DNA from: Eledone cirrhosa
Taxonomy: Eukaryota
DNA length: 64,000 nt
Assembly: GCA_964016885.1 (NCBI GenBank)
Contig: OZ024744.1
Coordinates: 31,434,001-31,498,000 of the forward strand
Reading direction: 5' to 3'
Below are positions 57,401-64,000 of this stretch, piece by piece. Under the pieces are notes generated by a model. It had not been told where the DNA came from and ran no database searches. It saw nothing but the letters and a program-made list of their open reading frames with translations. The translations under genes were made by a program, and so were the position numbers. Positions within the stretch are counted from its first letter, which is position 1; each line of letters starts with the position of its first letter.

Positions 57401-60400
57401 CTAATGTACTCTGTCATGGCCAACTGAGACGTTGGTAAACCCAGTACTAACTAATGTCCTATGTCATGGCGAACTGAGACGTTGGTAAACCCAGAACTAA
57501 CAAATGTCCTATGTCATGACCAACTGAGACGTTGGTAAACCCAGTACTAACTAATGTCCTCTGTCATGACAACTGAGAGATTGGTAAACCCAGTACTAAC
57601 TAATGTCCTATGTCATGACCAACTGAGACATTGGTAAACCCAGTACTAACTAATGTCCTATGTCATGGCCAACTGAGACGTTGGTAAACCCAGTACTAAC
57701 TAATGTCCTCTGTCATGGCCAACTGAGACATTGGTAAACCCAGTACAAACTAATGTCCTACGTCATGACCAACTGAGACATTGGTAAACCCAGTACTAAC
57801 TAATGTCGTATGTCATGGCCAACTGAGACGTTGGTATATCCAGTACTAACTAATGTCCTCTCTCATGGCCAACTGAGACATTGGTAAACCCAGTACTAAC
57901 TAATGTCCTCTGTCATGGCCAACTGAAACGTTGGTAAACCCAGTACTAACTAATGTCCTCTGTCATGGCCAACTGAGATGTTGGTAAACCCAGTACTAAC
58001 TAATATCATATATCATGACCAACTGAGACGTTGGTAAATCCAGTACTAACTAATGTCCTCTGTCATGGCTAACTGAGACATTCGTAAACCCAGTACTAAC
58101 TAATGTCCTCTGTCATGGCCAACTGAGAGATTGGTAAACCCAGTACTAACTAATGTCCTATGTCATGACCAACTGAGACATTGGTAAACCCAGTACGAAC
58201 TAATGTCCTATGTCATGGCCAACTGAGACGTTGGTAAACCCAGTACTAACTAATGTCCTCTGTCATGGCCAACTGAGACGTTGGTAAACCTAGTATTAAC
58301 TAATGTCCTATGTCTTGGCCAACTGAGACGATGGTAAACCCAGTACTAAATAATGTCCTCTCTCATGGCCAACTGAGACATTGGTAAACCCAGTTCTAAC
58401 TAATGTCCTATGTCATGGCCAACTGAGACGTTGGTAAACCCAGTACTAATTAATGTCCTCTCTCATGGCTAACTGAGACGTTGGTAAACCCAGTACTAAC
58501 TAATGTCCTCTGTCATAGCCAACTGAGACGTAGGTGAACCCAGTACTAACTAATGTCCTATGTCATGGTCAACTGAGACGTTGGTAAACCCAGTACTAAC
58601 AAATGTCCTATGTCATGGCCAACTGAGATATTGCTAAACCCAGTGTTATCTAATGTCCTATGTCATGACCAACTGAGACGTTGGTATACCCAGTACTAAC
58701 GAATGACCTCTGTCATGGCCAACTGAGACATTGGTAAACCCAGTATAAACTAATGACCTATGTCATGGCCAACTGAGACGTTAGTAAACCCAGTACTAAC
58801 TAATGTCCTATGTCATGACCAACTGAGACATTGGTAAACCCAGTACTAACTAATGTCCTATGTCATGGCCAACTGAGACGTTGGTAAATCCAGTACTAAC
58901 TAATGTCCTCTCTCATGACCAACTGAGACGTTGGTAAAACAAGTACTAACTAATGTTCTCTGTCATGGCCAACTGAGACGTAGGTAAACCCAGTACTAAC
59001 TAATGTCCTCTGTCATGGCCAACTGAGACATTGGTAAACCCAGTACTAACTAATGTCCTATGTCATGACCAACTGAGATGTTGGTAAACCCAGTACTAAC
59101 TAATGTCCTATGCCATGGCCAACTGAGACGTTGGTAAATCCAGTACTAACTAATGTCCTCTCTCATGGCCAACTGAGACGTTGGTAAACCCAGTATTAAC
59201 TAATGTCCTATGTCATGGCCAGCTGAGACGATGGTAAACCCAGTACTAAATAATGTCCTCTGTCATGGCCAACTGAGACATTGGTAAACCCAGTACTAAC
59301 TAATGTCCTATGTATGGCCAACTGAGACATTATTAAACCCAGTACTATCTAATGTCCTATGTCATGGCACACTGAGACGTTGGTAAACCCAGTACTAATT
59401 AATGTCCTGTCTCATTGCCAACTGAGACGTTGGTAAACCCAGTACTAACTAATGTCCTCTTTCATAGCCAACTGAGACGTAGGTAAACCCAGTACTAACT
59501 AATGTCCTCTGTCATGGCCAACTGAGACGTTGGTAAACCCAGTACTGACTAATGTCCTCTGTCATGGCCAACAGAGACGTTGGTAAACCCAGTACTAACT
59601 AATGTCCCATGTCATGGCCAACTGAGTTGTTGGTAAACCCAGTACAATCTAATTTCCTATGTCATGACCAACTGAGACGTTGGTAAACCCAGTACTAACT
59701 AATGTCCTCTGTCATGGCCTACTGAGACATTCGTAAACCCAGTACTAACTAATGTCCTCTGTTATGGCCAACTGAGAGATTGGTAAACCCAGTACTAACT
59801 AATGTCCTATGACATGACCAACTGAGACATTGGTAAACCCAGTACTAACTAATGTCCTATGTCATTGCCAACTGAGACGTTGGTAAACCCAGTACTAACT
59901 AATGTCCTCTATCATGGCCAACTGAGACATTGGTAAACCCAGTACTAACTAATGTCCTATGTCATGACCAACTGAGACATTGGTAAACCCAGTACTAACT
60001 AATGTCCTATGTCATTGCCAACTGAGACGTTGGTAAACCCAGTAAAAACTAATGTTCTCTGTCATGGCCAACTGAGACGTAGGTAAACCCAGTACTATCT
60101 AATGTCCTCTGTCATGGCCAACTGAGACATTGGTAAACCCAGTACTAACTAATGTCGTATGTCATGGCCAACTGAGACATTGGTAAACCCAGTACTAACT
60201 AATGTCCTATGTCATCGCCAACTGAGACGTTGGTAAACCCAGTACTAACTAATGTCCTACGTCATGACCAACTGAGACGTTGGTAAACCCAGTACTAACT
60301 AATGTCCTCTGTCATGGCCAACTTAGACGTAGGTAAACCCAGTACTAACTAATGTCCTCTGTCATGGCCAACTGAGACGTTGGTAAACCCAGTACTAACT

Positions 60401-63214
60401 AATGTCCTCTGTCATTACCAACTGAGACGTAGGTAAACCCAGTACTAACTCATGTCCTCTGTCATGGCCAACTGAGACGTAGGTAAACCCAGTACTAACT
60501 AATGTCCTATGTCATGACCAACTGAGACATTGGTAAACCCAGTACGAACTAATGTCCTATGTCATGGCCAACTGAGACGTTGGTAAACCCAGTACTAACT
60601 AATGTCCTCTGTCATGGCCAACTGAGACGTTGGTAAACCCAGTATTAATTAATGTCCTATGTCTTGGCCAACTGAGACGATGGTAAACCCAGTACTAAAT
60701 AATGTCCTCTGTCATGGCCAACTGAGACATTGGTAAACCCAGTTCTAACTAATGTCCTATGTCATGGCCAACTGAGACGTTGGTAAACCCAGTACTAATT
60801 AATGTCCTCTCTCATGGCCAACTGAGACGTTGGTAAACCCAGTACTAACTAATGTCCTTTGTCATAGCCAACTGAGACGTAGGTAAACCCAGTACTAACT
60901 AATGTCCTCTGTCATGGTCAACTGAGACGTTGGTAAACCCAGTACTAACAAATGTCCTATGTCATGGCCAACTGAGATATTGCTAAACCCAGTGTTATCT
61001 AATGTCCTATGTCATGACCAACTGAGACGTTGGTATACCCAGTACTAACGAATGTCCTCTGTCATGGCCAACTGAGACATTGGTTAACCCAGTATAAATT
61101 AATGACCTATATCATGGCCAACTGAGACGTTAGTAAACCCAGTACTAACTAATGTCCTATGTCATGACCAACTGAGACATTGGTAAACCCAGTACTAACT
61201 AATGTCCTATGTCATGGCCAACTGAGACGTTGGTAAATCCAGTACTAACTAATGTCCTCTCTCATGACCAACTGAGACGTTGGTAAACCAAGTACTAACT
61301 AATGTTCTCTGTCATGGCCAACTGAGACGTAGGTAAACCCAGTACTAACTAATGTCCTCTGTCATGGCCAACTGAGATATTGCTAAACCCAGTGTTATCT
61401 AATGTCCTATGTCATGACCAACTGAGACATTGGTATACCCAGTACTAACGAATGTCCTCTGTCATGGCCAACTGAGACATTGGTAAACCCAGTATAAACT
61501 AATGACCTATGTCATGGCCAACTGAGACGTTAGTAAACCCAGTACTAACTAATGTCCTATGTCATGACCAACTGAGACATTGGTAAACCCAGTACTAACT
61601 AATGTCCTATGTCATGGCCAACTGAGACGTTGGTAGATCCAGTAGTAACTAATGTCCTCTCTCATGACCAACTGAGACGTTGGTAAACCAAGTACTAACT
61701 AATGTTCTCTGTCATGGCCAACTGAGACGTAGGTAAACCCAGTACTAACTAATGTCCTCTGTCATGGCCAACTGAGACATTGGTAAACCCAGTACTAACT
61801 AATGTCCTATGTCATGACCAACTGAGATGTTGGTAAACCCAGTACTAACTAATGTCCTATGCCATGGCCAACTGAGACGTTGGTAAATCCAGTACTAACT
61901 AATGTACTCTCTCATGGCCTACTGAGACGTTGGTAAACCCAGTATTAACTAATGTCCTATGTCATGGCCAACTGAGACGATGGTAAACCCAGTACTAAAT
62001 AATGTCCTCTGTCATGGCCAATTGAGACATTGGTAAACCCAGTACTAACTAATGTCCTATGTCATGGCCAACTGAGACATTATTAAACCCAGTACTATCT
62101 AATGTCCTATGTCATGGCACACTGAGACGTTGGTAAACCCAGTACTAATTAATGTCCTCTCTCATTGCCAACTGAGACGTTGGTAAACCCAGTACTAACT
62201 AATGTCCTCTTTCATAGCCAACTGAGACGTAGGTAAACCCAGTACTAACTAATGTCCTCTGTCATGGCCAACTGAGACGTTGGTAAACCCAGTACTGACT
62301 AATGTCCTCTGTCATGGCCAACTGAGACGTTGGTAAACCCAGTACTAACTAATGTCCCATGTCATGGCCAACTGAGTTGTTGGTAAACCCAGTACTATCT
62401 AATTTCCTATGTCATGACCAACTGAGACGTTGGAAAACCCAGTACTAACTAATGTCCTCTGTCATGGCCAACTGAGACATTCGTAAACCCAGTACTAACT
62501 AATGTCCTCTGTTATGGCCAACTGAGAGATTGGTAAACCCAGTACTAACTAATGTCCTATGTCATGACCAACTGAGACATTGGTAAACCCAGTACTAACT
62601 AATGACCTATGTCATGGCCAACTGAGACGATGGTAAACCCAGTACTAACTAATGTCCTCTGTCATAGCCAACTGAGACGTGGGTAAACCCAGTAATAACT
62701 AATGTCCTCTGTCATGGCCAACTGAGACGTTGGTAAACCCAGTACTAACTAATGTCCTCTGTCATGGCCAACTGAGATATTGCTAAACCCAGTATTATCT
62801 AATGTCCTATGCCATGACCAACTGAGACGTTGGTATACCCTGTACTAACGAATGTCCTCTGTCATGGCCAACTGAGACATTGGTAAACCCAGTATAAACT
62901 AATGTCCTATGTCATGACAGACTGAGACGTTGGTAAACCCAGTACTAACTAACGCCCTATGTCATGGCCAACTGAGACGTTGGTAAACTCAGTACTAACA
63001 AATATCATATATCATGACCAACTGAGACGTTGGTAAACCCAGTACTAACTAATGTCCTCTGTCATGGCCAACTGAGACATTCGTAAACCCAGTACTAACT
63101 AATGTCCTCTGTCATGGCCAACTGAGATATTGGTAAACCCAGTACTAACTAATGTCCTCTGTCATGGCCAACTGAGACGTTGGTAAACCCAGTACTAACT
63201 AATGTCCTATGTCA

Positions 63215-63333
63215 TGACAGAGGACATTAGTTAGTACTGGGTTTACCAACGTCTCAGTTCGCCATGACATAGGACATTAGTTAGAACTGGGTTTACCAAT
63301 GTCTCAGTTGGCCATGACAGAGGACATTATTAA
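63215..63333 (-). repeat. Inverted satellite segment (~2.4 monomers on the minus strand)
   Basis: TGACAGAGGACATTAGTTAGTACTGGGTTTACCAACGTCTCAGTT... is the reverse complement of the monomer; forward orientation resumes at GTAAACCCAG (63334). Confidence 0.97.
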
Positions 63334-64000
63334 GTAAACCCAGTACTAACTAATGTCCTATGTCATGACCAACTGAGACATTGGTAAACCCAGTACTAAC
63401 TAATCTCCCATGTCATGGCCAACTGAAACGTTGGTAAACCCAGTACTAACTGATGTCCTCTGTCATAGCCAACTGAGACGTAGGTAAACCCAGTACTAAC
63501 TAATGTCCTCTGTCATGGCCAACTGAGACGCTGGTAAACCCAGTACTAACTAATGTCCTCTGTCATGGCCAACTGAGATATTGATAAACCCAGTATTATC
63601 TAATGTCCTATGTCATGACCAACTGAGACGTAGGTAAACCCAGTACTAACTAATGTCCTCTGTCATGGCCAACTGAGACGTAGGTAAACCCAGTACTAAC
63701 TAATGTCCTATGTCATGGCCAACTGAGACGTTGGGAAACCCAGTATTAACTAATGTCCTATGTCATGACCAACTGAGACATTGGTAAACCCAGTACTATC
63801 TAATGTCCTATGTCATGGCCAACTGAGACGTTGGTAAACCCAGTACTAACTAATGTCTTACATCATGGCCAACTGAGACATTTGTAAACCTAGTACTAAC
63901 TAATGTCCTCTGTCATGGCCAACCGAGACGGTGGTAAACCCAGTTCTAACTATTGTCCTCTGTCATGGTCAACGGAGACGTTGGTAAACCCAGTACTAAC

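Larger units (their letters stand above)
1..64000 (+). repeat. 50-bp tandem repeat (satellite DNA) array, ~1,280 monomers, open at both window ends
   Basis: The unit AAACCCAGTACTAACTAATGTCCTMTGTCATGRCCAACTGAGACRTTGGT recurs every 50 bases from base 1 to 64000. Monomers differ by a few substitutions and occasional 1-bp indels. I saw no unique intervening sequence. Confidence 0.99.

Noticed and set aside
63215-63333. MITE or transposon terminal inverted repeat, or simple read fold-back
   Set aside because: The segment is purely satellite sequence with no target-site duplication or foreign DNA, and it differs from the adjacent arm at several diagnostic sites, so it is not a mirror copy.
1-64000. 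CRISPR array (regular period, hairpin-forming repeat)
   Set aside because: There are no unique spacers; all 50 bp of each unit are repeated. No leader or cas genes are present.
1-64000. Repetitive protein-coding ORF
   Set aside because: Consensus has + strand stops at positions 12, 16, 39 and 50 and - strand stops at 11, 15 and 28, covering all six frames. Because 50 is not a multiple of 3, reassigning TAA/TAG or TGA still leaves stops about every 150 bp or less.
1-64000. Telomeric repeat (TAAACCC is a permutation of plant-type CCCTAAA)
   Set aside because: Only one 7-mer per 50-bp monomer, never tandem, and no G-rich strand. Long shared variant haplotypes point to recombinational amplification, not telomerase synthesis.
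1-64000. Assignment to a named satellite family, taxon or centromere
   Set aside because: I do not recognise the monomer. A BLAST/Dfam/Repbase search and CENH3 ChIP or FISH would be needed.

Overview
The whole 64 kb window is one head-to-tail tandem array (satellite DNA) of a 50-bp monomer, about 1,280 copies, running off both ends. Consensus in the phase of base 1: AAACCCAGTACTAACTAATGTCCT[A/C]TGTCATG[G/A]CCAACTGAGAC[G/A]TTGGT (about 40-46% GC depending on alleles). I find no genes, RNA genes, transposons or CRISPR spacers; the consensus monomer has stop codons in all six frames. The informative structure is inside the array: (i) nested, local higher-order duplications of many sizes (13, 25, 33, 44, 56, 61, 82 monomers) traceable with rare variant monomers; (ii) one strand switch, a ~119-bp inverted patch at 63215-63333 that starts at the GTCATGAC palindrome and appears to replace ~568 bp of the paralogous haplotype; (iii) a ~30-bp gene-conversion-like tract at 17767-17796; (iv) decay of the single CpG to both CpA and TpG; (v) a TACTAAC branch-point consensus and two alternative hairpins in each monomer. 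I cannot name the satellite family or organism. No protein-coding novel system can be supported; the functional ideas (branch-point decoy RNA, centromeric role) are hypotheses only. Block boundaries were read by eye and are approximate.
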